From Mytilus trossulus (Eukaryota): a DNA stretch of 64,000 nt. The stretch covers positions 2,728,001-2,792,000 of the forward strand of contig NW_026963297.1 in assembly GCF_036588685.1 (NCBI RefSeq), written 5' to 3'. Positions 41,501 through 52,770 of the stretch are shown in pieces. The position numbers and the translations under genes were made by a program. How positions within the stretch are numbered: position 1 is the stretch's first letter; each line of letters opens with the position of its first letter. Below the pieces are notes generated by a model. It was given only the letters and a program-made list of their open reading frames with translations. It was not told the DNA's origin and did not search any database.

Positions 41501-42684
41501 TATTATCTAATAGTACATGTTAAACACATTCTAAATATCCATGCTTTTTTATGATGTTGACAAACAGGTGACAATCCTTAAACCTCAGCATCAAAACATG
41601 ATTACCTACCATATATTCACAACAACACTGACCAATTGAGAATAAAAATTTGACAATTATACAAAATTTATGCAAAAAAATGATAAAATCGTGCACAGAA
41701 TACTAAGTTTATGATGTTTGTATGCCTTGATTCAAGAATTTTGTGGTATTTATATGTAACACATATGAAAAGGCCAGAATTATTCATTAAACTTCTTCAA
41801 GACAGTCATTTAGAATTATTTGTTTCTGTTTCAGTTACCTATGTGCAAAGAGTTCCAGAATGCAGTATTGGAAGGGAGATGGAAATACACCCAGTAAGGA
41901 TAGGGTTAGGGTGTCTACTTCCCGACTTCAGCCTATTGAACAGTTCTTAGCTGTTATGATGCGACTTCGTCTTGGATTGTATGTGAGGGATGTAGCGGAT
42001 AGATTTTCAATTTCTGTTTCTTCTTATTCTAGTTATTTCACAACCTGGCTCAACCTTATTCATGCTGAACTTGAAGTTATTAACGTTTTTCCACCTAGAG
42101 ACATCATTACCAGAACAATGCCAAATTCTTTTAAAGATCGATACCCATCTACCAGAGTGATCATTGATTGTACTGAACTTTTTATTCAGAAAGCTTCCAG
42201 TCTTTTAAATCAGAGTTTGACATATTCCAGCTACAAACACCATAACACTCTTAAATTTCTAGTTGGCATCACACCATCAGGTGTTATCTCATTTGTATCT
42301 GAAGGTTGGGGTGGAAGAGTATCAGACCGTGAAATAACAATTGAATGTGGTATACTTGATTTACTAGAGCCTGGCGATAGCGTTATGGCTGACAAAGGAT
42401 TTACTATAAATGATTTACTTGTAAAACGTCAGTGTGCTTTAAATATTCCACCATTCAGAGGTATTAAGGACCAATTTACGACAGATGAAGTATTTCAGAC
42501 ACAAGAAATTGCACAACTTCGTATTCATGTGGAAAGAAGTATTGGACGAGTTAAAAACTTCCATATTTTAGAAGGGGTACTACCATTGTCAATTGCTCCA
42601 CTTAGTACTAAAATATTTCAAACATGTTGTTGGTTGACAAATCTAGATGTTCCTTTAGTTCAGGATGATATAAATGATCTGTAA
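38546..42684 (+). CDS. THAP-domain DDE_Tnp_4 transposase (ISL2EU-type), 4 exons, ~508 aa
   Basis: Exons 38546-38857, 40032-40206, 40776-40965, 41835-42684 (1527 nt, GT-AG). THAP motif C.AYMC...FFRFP...W...ICSLHF...VPTIF, coiled coil, FYTGLP, IIDCTE, YKHHNTLK, GGRVSD, MADKGF, RIHVERSIGRVK. Confidence 0.88.
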
Positions 42685-43190
42685 TTCAAATCTGCTGTAT
42701 AAATTTAAGTTTTTTTTACCTGTTTATTTATTCATAAAATGTGGCCAAGTGAAATTCATTCCATTATACTGCAAAATCTTTAAAACAATAAAGTACAATA
42801 ATACAACTTAAATAATTAACTTTTTTTATTCTGATTTAGATCAACATGACTTACATGTATTTAACTGAATGTGGACTTTGAAAAGTATATATATATATAC
42901 ATGTACATGTACATGTAGGTATTATTTTTAACCTGAGCATTGTGTATTGAAAATCTTTAAATTAAGTTTGTGAAGAATTGCAAGAAATAAAATATTAAAA
43001 AAGTATCTTACTCCATATCTAATTAAATTTTGAAATGATAAAATTTCGAACTAAATTTTTAAATGCTAAAAGGTTAGAAGAACAAGTAAATAATTTTGAG
43101 TGCCCATTTGACACTTTACTTTGTGCTTGCAGTTGATGTTAAATAAGTTAATAAAAGTATTTAATGAGAGTTTAAACATCACATTTCAGC

Positions 43191-44860
43191 TCATTCACAA
43201 ATTTTGGAATAAATACATGTCATATAAAAATCAAGTAGTTTTGGCAACATACTATTACAAAAAACTTCATCAAAACAAATTCTCTCGATAAAAATGTTAT
43301 TTTTGCTAGCATTTGTCCATACAACAAAATCACACCATGGTAGACCCATAATTGCCATCTCTCCTTGCACTTGAGCATAGTACTTCTGATTTCTCTTCAA
43401 TTGTGGTCCCGTTGGTCCCCATTCTAAACAGAAATTAGCCGAATTTAGGTTTAAAATGTCCTCTATCTCCATAGTATTGACTGGAACTCCACCACATGAA
43501 AAAGGACACTTTATTTCTAGTACCCCGGTTTCTGTACCGTCTAAAACCATTCCATCACCAGATGCACCAAGAAAAGACATATGTGGGTAAAGCGTGAGCC
43601 CTGTGGGTAACACTGTTATATCTCCCTTTAAGGCTTTCTGGAAAGTAACATATTCCTGCCTTGCCCGGTCCTCCATGTCGACACCCCACTGCATGGCCTT
43701 TGGTAATTGAGGATACCTGTGGGAATAAGATACATATATATAAAAAAAAATTAATAGAAACTATCAGTTTTACAAATATTTTTAGCTAGATTAACCAACC
43801 ACAAACAAAATTATAACTTACATTGTATTTCATTTAGCTACAGTTTAGTGTGGTCATACTGGGTTATTTATAATTGACTTTAAAGACTCATTAAATTAAA
43901 AAAAAAGAACTAATACATGTTCATGTATTTAGCCTGAAATGACTTACTTATGTGATGTTTGTCAACTCATTTTGAGAGTCAATACATGCAGTTAACTATG
44001 AATTACAGTAAATAATTTATTTCATTGATTTATTTACAAATGTAAAAGAGATAATGTAGTGTATGAATGTTTAGCTTGAATGCTCATTTATACAAACTAT
44101 TAAGCAATAGTGAATAAGAGAAGTGAAGAACAGATAAGCATCTTGTTATTATTTAATATGAATCAATTGAAAGCAGAAGTGTACCTATCCAAGCTAGATC
44201 CTTCTAAAATCTGTTTCACCAGATGCTCTTGTGAGGAATGACATCTGAGAATATCCCCAAACATACTGCTTGTGATACGTCCTATGTGAAGGTCTTTCCA
44301 CATTTGGTTTTTTCTTTGGTCGCAAGTCTCCTTTTCAATAAATGTCACTAATTCCAGGCTTATCTCAACTGGTGGAACTGAAAATATAAATTTGAAAAAC
44401 AGTAACATAATTATATTCTCACAAAATTATGATTGTGGAAAAATAGCTTTTACAGCTGATTATACCTATGAACGTTGCTCATTATTGAAGGATGAACAGT
44501 GACCGACACTTGTTAATTTGCATCTCATTTAATTTTTGGTCTCTTGTGGAGAGTTGTCCACAGTGCAATCATATCACATCATTTTTTTTATATACATATA
44601 CACTGACAATGTATAAATGGTGCTTATCATGATCAAAGAGGGATAATCCATTGACAAAAAATTACCTTATGATTTTTTTCAATTCTAATATTGAGACTTG
44701 TTTATGACTTGATATTGTTGTTTTTTATAACACTCACTATTGTCTGAAGTAAACACCATTTTTCTCATAGCGAGCAGAAGTGGAGACTCTGTTGTAGTGA
44801 CCTCCTCAACAACCATTGCTTCTGGGGCCTTATCAGGGATGTTCCAAAGGCTACACATAC
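43191..44860 (-). CDS. YqaJ/lambda-exonuclease-like protein (ISL2EU ORF2), 5'-incomplete
   Basis: Exons 44860-44738, 44377-44185, 43716-43191. Motifs T..Q.....W......RITSS.FG, AMQWG...E, GL......FLGASGDG, LEIKCP, YYAQVQGEM.I.....CDFVVW. The first visible exon starts in phase 1, so upstream exons are absent or outside the window. Confidence 0.85.
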
Positions 44861-46829
44861 CTATAAAATAAATTTGTCATACTTAAAAGTGCAATATTTC
44901 AATCTATTTGCTTGTTTTATACAAATATTGTGCTGTTCTTGTGGTTATGGCATTGTACATACATAACACATGACGGACACAACTAATTGGTTATTTTATT
45001 TGTTTCAATAAGAAATTGTGTTTTCATAGACAAAACTATTATCGCTGTATAACATTGTAACATTTAGGAGTGAAAATTACAAATTTATTGATGAGAAAAA
45101 AAGGACAGAATAAAATTGATAATTAACAATAATTATGATTAGATACAACCAACTTTAACTGTAGGGCAGTACGTGTTATACCAACACTCCATGTTACATA
45201 AAAGTTAGGACAATGTATTTTTTTTCATACTGTGTATATATATAATTCATCACTATGTTGACAAAGTTTCAAATGAAGGTTTTAAGTGTTTTGCTGTGGG
45301 AAAAGAAGTAAAAATTTGAAATGAAAAACTCAACAGCTTAATTATAACCATAAAAAAATAAAGTAATGGATCAGTATAGGCCTATTTTAAAAAATTCTGA
45401 TAATTTAAAAGTCATCATTTATTTCATATAAGTATATATTAGACATCCAGTTTCTGATATATAAAACAAAATTTGTATAGGTTGAAATTTCCTTCAGAAG
45501 CCACCTACTTCAAAGCAGCCTTAAACTCATAACCCTTTAATGGGTATTAAACTTTAATTTTATTACAGGTTAATTACCATATAAGTTTTAAATTCATATA
45601 GCTGATAGTTCACACTTCTTGGTAGTCCTATAATATATGACTTCGCATTATATATTCACTATTTAACGTTTTCATGCTGATATTTTCATTTTTTATTTTT
45701 TGTCTAATGCGAAGTCATATCGGAATTGATCATTTTCCTTTAGCACTTTCCGCCCTGGTTTGACTGCGGAAAGAATATTGTGAAAATCTAAACTAGCATT
45801 TACTGTACATTAGAAGCATGAACATGTATTAATAAAAGACAAAAAAAATGAATGAAAAAATGTACTTACATTGTTGTGAAAGACTAAATTCCTTAATTAA
45901 TTATCCATGTTCATACCGAACTGATCGTTTGTTTTCCTCCGCCATATTTTAAATTCTGCTGAGTGTATAAATCTAATCGTGACGTCATAATCTTACAAAC
46001 CAAACTTTTTCGACACATTAATTTTTTACAAGTAATGTATTTAAAAATTTCAATGTTTTTACGGGAAATCTGTATGTTTTACATCTATCCACTTGGGAAA
46101 AGTCGGCGAGCGAGGCAATCCTCATTCACCATGTCATAAGGCAGTCCACTTTCACCATGTTTAACGGAAAATCTGTATGTTTTACATCTGTCCACTTTTA
46201 ATAAAATCGGCGAGCGAGGCAATCTTCATTCACCATGTTTAACGGAATATCTGTATGTTTTACATCTGTCCACTTTTAATTAAATCGGCGTGCGAGGCAA
46301 TCCTCATTAACCATGTCATAAGGCAGTCCACTTTCACCATGTTTAACGGAAAATCTGTATGTTTTACATCTGTCCACTTTTAATAAAATCGGCGAGCGAG
46401 GCAATCTTCATTCACCATGTTTAACGGAATATCTGTATGTTTTACATCTGTCCACTTTTAATAAAATCGGCGAGCGAGGCAATCCTCATTCACCATGTCA
46501 TAAGGCAGTCCACTTTCACCATGTTTAACGGAATATCTGTATGTTTTACATCTGTCCACTTTTAATAAAATCGGCGAGCGAGGCAATCCTCATTCACCAT
46601 GTCATAAGGCAGTCCACTTTCACCATGTTTAACGGAAAATCTGTATGTTTTACATCTGTCCACTTTTAATAAAATCGGCGAGCGAGGCAATCTTCATTCA
46701 CCATGTTTAACGGAATATCTGTATGTTTTACATCTGTCCACTTTTAATAAAATCGGCGAGCGAGGCAATCCTCATTCACCATGTCATAAGGCAGTCCACT
46801 TTCACCATGTTTAACGGAAAATCTGTATG

Positions 46830-47001
46830 TGTCAAAGATTCACGACCTTGTTCAAACGTACCCAACGTTACTATTGTTGACGTAACGTTATTGTAACGCA
46901 AACTTGTATGGGATCTGAATTATAGAATTGAAAGCAACACAACGTCTTTTTATTGCCTACAAAAGCGAAGTACTAACCCTAGCATCATAGCATCTTACAT
47001 A
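46830..47001 (+). repeat. 5' LTR
   Basis: TGTCAAAGATTC...CATCTTACATA, identical to 52599-52770. Confidence 0.95.
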
Positions 47002-47002
47002 T

Positions 47003-47016
47003 TGGTACCGTGACCG
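47003..47016 (+). promoter_or_regulatory. Primer binding site, tRNA-His-like
   Basis: TGGTACCGTGACCG just after the 5' LTR resembles the complement of the tRNA-His 3' end (TGGTGCCGTGACTCG). Confidence 0.6.
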
Positions 47017-50000
47017 ATGGATAAGCTGAAAGCAGTGAGAGGAGGCCACAGAAGCGCCGTAACCAGACAGATTCACAAAACTGACGAGAAAATCAACGAA
47101 GGAGAGATCACCCGACGGGACATTCATAGTGCCATTGAAAACCTTGAACGTAAACATGAACTTTTGCAGAAACTAGACGCTGAAATATTGGATTCCTTGG
47201 ATGCCGAAAGTGTGGAACAGGAAATTTTGGATGCAGACGAATTTAATCAGCATATAGACATTAATATTCGCCGCTACAAAGAATGTGATTTGGAGTTGAG
47301 ATCAAGTACACCTCAGGACTCGGTGAGTCAATTAACCTCAAGTATCGTACAAAATACTAGTACAACGCATTCATCTTCAAATAATTTCAATCAGAATACA
47401 AATCAGCACATGCAAACATCGACAAGTGCAAACTCACAAGGAGAATATGAGATCAACAGAGATCCGCCATTAAATGAAACTTATAAGTTCTATCACAAAC
47501 TTCCAAAACTAGATTTGCCGACTTTTTCGGGAGATTTACTTCTATGGCAAACTTTCTGGGAATCGTACGAAACTACTGTCCATACAAACCCATCATTGAC
47601 GAACGTACAACGTTTCACATATTTGAAGGCCCAGCTTCACGGAGAAGCGGAAAGTTGCATATCGGGATTGTCACTTACACACGCAAACTATGAGCAAGCA
47701 ATTTCATTACTACAAGCGCGATATGGTCAACAAGGAATCATTATTGATGCACATATGCAAAAACTAGTCGATTTGCCAAACCCCACAATGTCATTAAACA
47801 GTCTCAGAACATTCTATGACAAAGTTGAAACTAGTATTAGAGGCCTAGAATCACTAGGACAGTGTCAAACAAATTTTGGAACAGTACTTACACCCATCAT
47901 CTTTAGAAAACTACCACCGGAATTGAGAACTACATTGACAAGAGAGCATGATACAAGTACATGGACCATAGACTTACTACGGAAGGCTATAGGTAAGGAG
48001 CTGCGCGCTCAACAAGCTGGCCACGCTATGAACACAGATAATTTAACCCCTACCGCATCGTTTGTAACAAAGGCTACAATGAAAGGAAATTATAGACAAG
48101 TAAATAGAGTACACACAAACTTCAGGAACAACACTGAATCGAATAAACCCAAGCCATGCATATTTTGCAACAAATCCCATTCAGCTGTTGATTGCTCAGA
48201 GATTAAAGATAATGCCAGTCGTTACGAAATAGTCAAGAAAAAACAACTTTGTTTCAACTGTTTTGGTAAACATAAGATATCAGAATGTAGATCACGATAT
48301 AAATGTCGTAAATGTGACAAGAGACATCACACTGCTCTATGTAATCAGGAAATTCAAGCACCTGTACCTCCCGCTGATGCCGCCGCTGTCAATACAGTAA
48401 ATGTTAATGGAGAAGAAAGTAACCCTTTGTCAACGTTTTACACGTCAACACCACAAGCACAGGCACATACCGAGATACTTCTTAAGACAGCAGTAGCACC
48501 TGTATGGTTCGAGGATCGGAGCGCGATGTCTAACATTTTACTAGATGAAGGGTCTCAGAAATCATTTATTTCAGAAGATTTAGCAGCACAATTACAACTT
48601 AAACCTTGTGGAAATTCTACAATTAGTTTATCAACTTTTGGAAACGCCAACCAGAACGTGAGACACATGGATAAGGCTCAGATTACTTTAGAAATTGAAA
48701 CTGGTGGATTTATTCCTATGGATGTACTGATAGTACCGCGCATTGCCGCACCCCTCAGTAATGTTACAAATGTCATCGCTTCAAAACTGCCATATCTCAA
48801 AGGATTACGATTAGCTAACCCAGTCACAGAGGATAGGAAATTTGAACTTTCTCTTTTAATTGGAGCGGACTACTATTGGAGTATTGTGCAGGATCACGTG
48901 ATCAGAGGAGATGGGCCAACGGCCGTAAAATCCCGTTTGGGATACTTGTTGTCAGGACCGATGCATACTTTTACAGGAGAACAATCATCAACAGGAATGT
49001 TTAATGTACTGATTCAACATCAGCAAGAGGAAAGCAGCCTGGAAAAGTTTTGGGATTTAGAATCTATTGGTGTCAAAGCAGACGAATTAGAAACAACCAC
49101 CATGAAAGACTTCAATGATGAATACGAAACAAAATGCATAACTTACCAAGATAATCGCTATACCGCAAAACTGCCATGGAGAAATGATTTCAATGAGTTA
49201 CCTACGAACTATAATGTCACTTTACGCAGAACTTGTAATATGATCGATAGACTCAAAAAGGATACCAACATGCTGAAAATGTATGGCGACATAATTAAGG
49301 ACCAAAAACGCCGAGGGTTCATTGAGCGGGTAACAGAAAATGGAAACCAGTCAAACAGAATTCACTACATTCCTCACCATGCAGTAAAAAAGGACTCATC
49401 TACGACTCCTATACGTATAGTCTATGATTGTAGTTGTCACGAATCACCTCACAAGGCTAGTTTAAACGATTGTCTCATGTCAGTTCCGCCGATGTTAAAC
49501 GATTTGACGGGAATTTTAGCTAGATTCAGATTACACAAGCACGCAGTGACTACCGACATAGAGAAAGCGTTTTTGAATATCGAACTGGATAAAGAAGATA
49601 GAGACGTCACAAGATTTTTTTGGTTGAGTGATCCATCTGACCCAGACAGTCCACTGATAACTTACCGTTTTAGAGTCGTTCTATTTGGAACTACATGCTC
49701 ACCTTACATCTTGAATGCCACCCTTATGAAGCACTTCAAACTCAATTCTTGTAAAACAGCCGAGATACTGAAAAACGACCTGTATGTTGACAATGTTTTG
49801 TCAAGCTTCTGGGATGAGAAAGAAATGCTGAAATTCTACAGAGAATCGCGAGATTTATTGGCAAGAGGAGGATTCAATCTGAGATCATGGACGTCAAATA
49901 GCACAGAATTACTACGCTTAGCCCAATCTGAAAAATGCATAGAAAGAGATACGAACATCAAAATTCTTGGTCTCCGTTGGAATGTGAACAACGATCAAAT

Positions 50001-52434
50001 CTCGTTTCGAAACAACATAAATACAACAACGGAAAGGATAATAACAAAACGTGAGATCTTAAAACAATCTTCAAACATTTATGATCCGCTAGGTCTGCTT
50101 AGCCCCGTCACCGTCAGAACAAAGATGTTAATGCAATTGTTGTGGAAAGAAAAGTTTGCATGGGACTGCCCTTTACCAAAAGAAATCGAATCAACATGGA
50201 GTGATTTGACCAAAGATCTACAATTTGCAATGAACATTGAGATTCCTAGATGTTATTTTGAGTGTTCAGGAATAACGGACATTGAAACAGCAGAATTACA
50301 TATTTTCACAGATTCAAGTCAACTAGCTTATGGAACTTGTGCGTATCTTGTCACAGAAAAGGAGTCTGCATTAATAATGGCAAAGAATCGAGTTGCCCCA
50401 TTGAAAAGTGTCACTCTACCTAATCTTGAACTGATGGCTGCCCTTTTAGGGGCTCGACTTGCGAAACATCTTATTCAAAATCTACATATTGGAAACTTAC
50501 AAATCAACTTCTGGTGTGACAGTCAGATCGTTTTGAAATGGCTTCAATCAACAAAACCACTCAAAAAGTTTGTCGCAAACAGAGTCAAGGAAATTAAGGA
50601 GTCAAATGAAAATCAAAAATGGCGTTATTGTCCGACGGATGCAAATCCTGCAGATTTATTAACTAGAGGCATAACAGGAACGAAATTCATAAACAACAGA
50701 TTATGGTTTCATGGACCCGAGTGGATAACAGACAAAACACAATGGCCAACATGGAGCGGAAACGAAATTGTTGAAAACGAGAATATAATGGAGATTCCCA
50801 CTAATGAAACCTCAGAAAAACAGCACGTCTTACTCACATCTCAGAAACGTCAAGAATTTGGCATACATAAGATTATGGATATCGAACGTTATAGCAGTTT
50901 GAAGACATTAATACGTGTTACAGCCTATGTGATGAGATTTATACAAAACTGTAAGTTAGCACGGAGTGATAGAACATTGTCGGAATTGACCGTTAATGAA
51001 ATACAGCATGCTACATTGACATGGATACAAACGGTTCAGAAATCAGAATATCATGAAGTCTTTAATTATTTCAACAAATCTGTGACAGTTAAGCCGTCTA
51101 TTGTAAGACAATTCAACTTGTACTTTGATGAAAAAAATGCACTTCGTTGCCGCGGGAGAATTCAACATGCACCTTTGGAGGAATCAGCTAAACATCCATA
51201 CTTGTTACCTCCGTTACATAGACTCACTTCACTCATTATTATGGATGCTCATATCAATCATTTACATGAAGGCGTCAACTCTACCGTAACACACTTGCGA
51301 CAAGTATACTGGATACCTCGAATTCGTCAACGAGTCAAAGTTATTCTTAGAAAATGCGTTAACTGTTGGAAAGTAACAGGGCATGCTTACCAACAACCTG
51401 ATCCACCGCCACTGCCCAAAGAGAGGTTACACGAGGATATACCGTTTACTGTTACAGGCGTAGACTTTGCTGGTCCTATGTATGTGCGAAATACAGATGA
51501 TATAAAATCAAAGGTATACTTATGTTTGTTTACATGTGCGTCGACGAGAGCTGTTCATTTAGAACTTGTGAATAACTTATCAGAACCTACATTTATGTTA
51601 GCCTTCAGAAGATTCGCAAGCAGGAGATCCTTACCGAAGTTACTAATATCTGACAATGCACTAACTTTTGAAGCAGCCAGTCGAGAAATCAAACATCTTA
51701 CAAACTCAAATTTAGTGCGCGAAAGTCTAAGCTCTACAGGAACAAATTGGAAATTTATTACAAAGAAAGCTCCGTGGTTTGGTGGTTTCTATGAACGGTT
51801 GATTGGGTTAACGAAAATGTGTTTGAAGAAAGTATTAGGAAGTAACTGTGTCGATTTAGAGACTTTACAAACTGTGTTAACAGAGATCGAAGCAACTCTC
51901 AATGATAGACCTCTAACGTATGTTTCATCCGATCTTACGGATCCAGAACCACTGACACCATCACATCTTTTGTATGGTCGAAAAATTACGCGACTTCCGT
52001 ATCCAGATAGTGAAAACAATGGACATTTTGAACCAATTAACTTTAACAAACGTGTTCAATTACAAAGAGACATTCTAAACCACTTTCAACAGCGATGGAA
52101 ATATGAGTATTTGACCTCATTACGGGAACATCACAGAAGTGTCGGAAATAACGAACAATCGATAGCTATTGGTGATGTTGTTCAAATACATGACGAAACT
52201 TTAAGAAATTCATGGAAACTCGCCGTTGTCGAAGAACTCGTAAAAGGAGAGGATAATCTTATCAGAACTGTAAAACTTCGCACTAAAAACGGAACCACCA
52301 ACCGCCCAATCACGAAATTATACCCAATCGAAGTGAACTGTATTGAATCTGAACCGGAGGATGTTACACGACCCAAGATGTTCCGTCAGGCGAAGTCAGA
52401 TGCTGTACAAAAGATTCACGAGTGGACAAAATAA
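47017..52434 (+). CDS. BEL/Pao Gag-Pol polyprotein (1805 aa)
   Basis: Gag (KLPKLDLPTFSG; three Cys/His knuckles), protease LLDEGS, RT YVDN, Pao-type RNase H LHIFTDSS..AYG, integrase HHCC plus GVDFAGP/SDNA/YERL, C-terminal WKYEYL domain. Confidence 0.96.
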   Translation: MDKLKAVRGGHRSAVTRQIHKTDEKINEGEITRRDIHSAIENLERKHELLQKLDAEILDSLDAESVEQEILDADEFNQHIDINIRRYKECDLELRSSTPQDSVSQLTSSIVQNTSTTHSSSNNFNQNTNQHMQTSTSANSQGEYEINRDPPLNETYKFYHKLPKLDLPTFSGDLLLWQTFWESYETTVHTNPSLTNVQRFTYLKAQLHGEAESCISGLSLTHANYEQAISLLQARYGQQGIIIDAHMQKLVDLPNPTMSLNSLRTFYDKVETSIRGLESLGQCQTNFGTVLTPIIFRKLPPELRTTLTREHDTSTWTIDLLRKAIGKELRAQQAGHAMNTDNLTPTASFVTKATMKGNYRQVNRVHTNFRNNTESNKPKPCIFCNKSHSAVDCSEIKDNASRYEIVKKKQLCFNCFGKHKISECRSRYKCRKCDKRHHTALCNQEIQAPVPPADAAAVNTVNVNGEESNPLSTFYTSTPQAQAHTEILLKTAVAPVWFEDRSAMSNILLDEGSQKSFISEDLAAQLQLKPCGNSTISLSTFGNANQNVRHMDKAQITLEIETGGFIPMDVLIVPRIAAPLSNVTNVIASKLPYLKGLRLANPVTEDRKFELSLLIGADYYWSIVQDHVIRGDGPTAVKSRLGYLLSGPMHTFTGEQSSTGMFNVLIQHQQEESSLEKFWDLESIGVKADELETTTMKDFNDEYETKCITYQDNRYTAKLPWRNDFNELPTNYNVTLRRTCNMIDRLKKDTNMLKMYGDIIKDQKRRGFIERVTENGNQSNRIHYIPHHAVKKDSSTTPIRIVYDCSCHESPHKASLNDCLMSVPPMLNDLTGILARFRLHKHAVTTDIEKAFLNIELDKEDRDVTRFFWLSDPSDPDSPLITYRFRVVLFGTTCSPYILNATLMKHFKLNSCKTAEILKNDLYVDNVLSSFWDEKEMLKFYRESRDLLARGGFNLRSWTSNSTELLRLAQSEKCIERDTNIKILGLRWNVNNDQISFRNNINTTTERIITKREILKQSSNIYDPLGLLSPVTVRTKMLMQLLWKEKFAWDCPLPKEIESTWSDLTKDLQFAMNIEIPRCYFECSGITDIETAELHIFTDSSQLAYGTCAYLVTEKESALIMAKNRVAPLKSVTLPNLELMAALLGARLAKHLIQNLHIGNLQINFWCDSQIVLKWLQSTKPLKKFVANRVKEIKESNENQKWRYCPTDANPADLLTRGITGTKFINNRLWFHGPEWITDKTQWPTWSGNEIVENENIMEIPTNETSEKQHVLLTSQKRQEFGIHKIMDIERYSSLKTLIRVTAYVMRFIQNCKLARSDRTLSELTVNEIQHATLTWIQTVQKSEYHEVFNYFNKSVTVKPSIVRQFNLYFDEKNALRCRGRIQHAPLEESAKHPYLLPPLHRLTSLIIMDAHINHLHEGVNSTVTHLRQVYWIPRIRQRVKVILRKCVNCWKVTGHAYQQPDPPPLPKERLHEDIPFTVTGVDFAGPMYVRNTDDIKSKVYLCLFTCASTRAVHLELVNNLSEPTFMLAFRRFASRRSLPKLLISDNALTFEAASREIKHLTNSNLVRESLSSTGTNWKFITKKAPWFGGFYERLIGLTKMCLKKVLGSNCVDLETLQTVLTEIEATLNDRPLTYVSSDLTDPEPLTPSHLLYGRKITRLPYPDSENNGHFEPINFNKRVQLQRDILNHFQQRWKYEYLTSLREHHRSVGNNEQSIAIGDVVQIHDETLRNSWKLAVVEELVKGEDNLIRTVKLRTKNGTTNRPITKLYPIEVNCIESEPEDVTRPKMFRQAKSDAVQKIHEWTK

Positions 52435-52598
52435 CTTTTCAAATTATGATCGAAATAGACTGTTCAAATTCAAAGTGATTAATTCTTTCTTTTATGATAC
52501 ATAGACTTTAAAGTTAAGTGATGAATTATGATATATGTCTTCAATTTAGTCAAATTTTCATTTCATTTTTATTTATATTTCACTTTCGGCGCCCGGAG

Positions 52599-52770
52599 TG
52601 TCAAAGATTCACGACCTTGTTCAAACGTACCCAACGTTACTATTGTTGACGTAACGTTATTGTAACGCAAACTTGTATGGGATCTGAATTATAGAATTGA
52701 AAGCAACACAACGTCTTTTTATTGCCTACAAAAGCGAAGTACTAACCCTAGCATCATAGCATCTTACATA
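52599..52770 (+). repeat. 3' LTR
   Basis: Identical to the 5' LTR; preceded by a GC-rich PPT-position tract CGGCGCCCGGAG. Confidence 0.95.

Larger units (their letters stand above)
38368..45622 (+). mobile_element. ISL2EU-like (PHIS group) DNA transposon, right end missing
   Basis: A THAP-DDE transposase with a convergent YqaJ exonuclease gene is the ISL2EU layout. The left boundary is a guess; no matching right TIR was found before the Academ end at 45623. Confidence 0.7.
46830..52770 (+). mobile_element. Intact BEL/Pao LTR retrotransposon
   Basis: Two identical 172-bp LTRs, 5-bp TSD GTATG (46825-29, 52771-75), PBS, and a single gag-pol ORF. Confidence 0.97.

Noticed and set aside
46057-46829. 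CRISPR-like array
   Set aside because: The sequences between repeats are themselves repeated (no unique spacers), there are no cas genes, the context is eukaryotic, and the motif is the Academ subterminal repeat.
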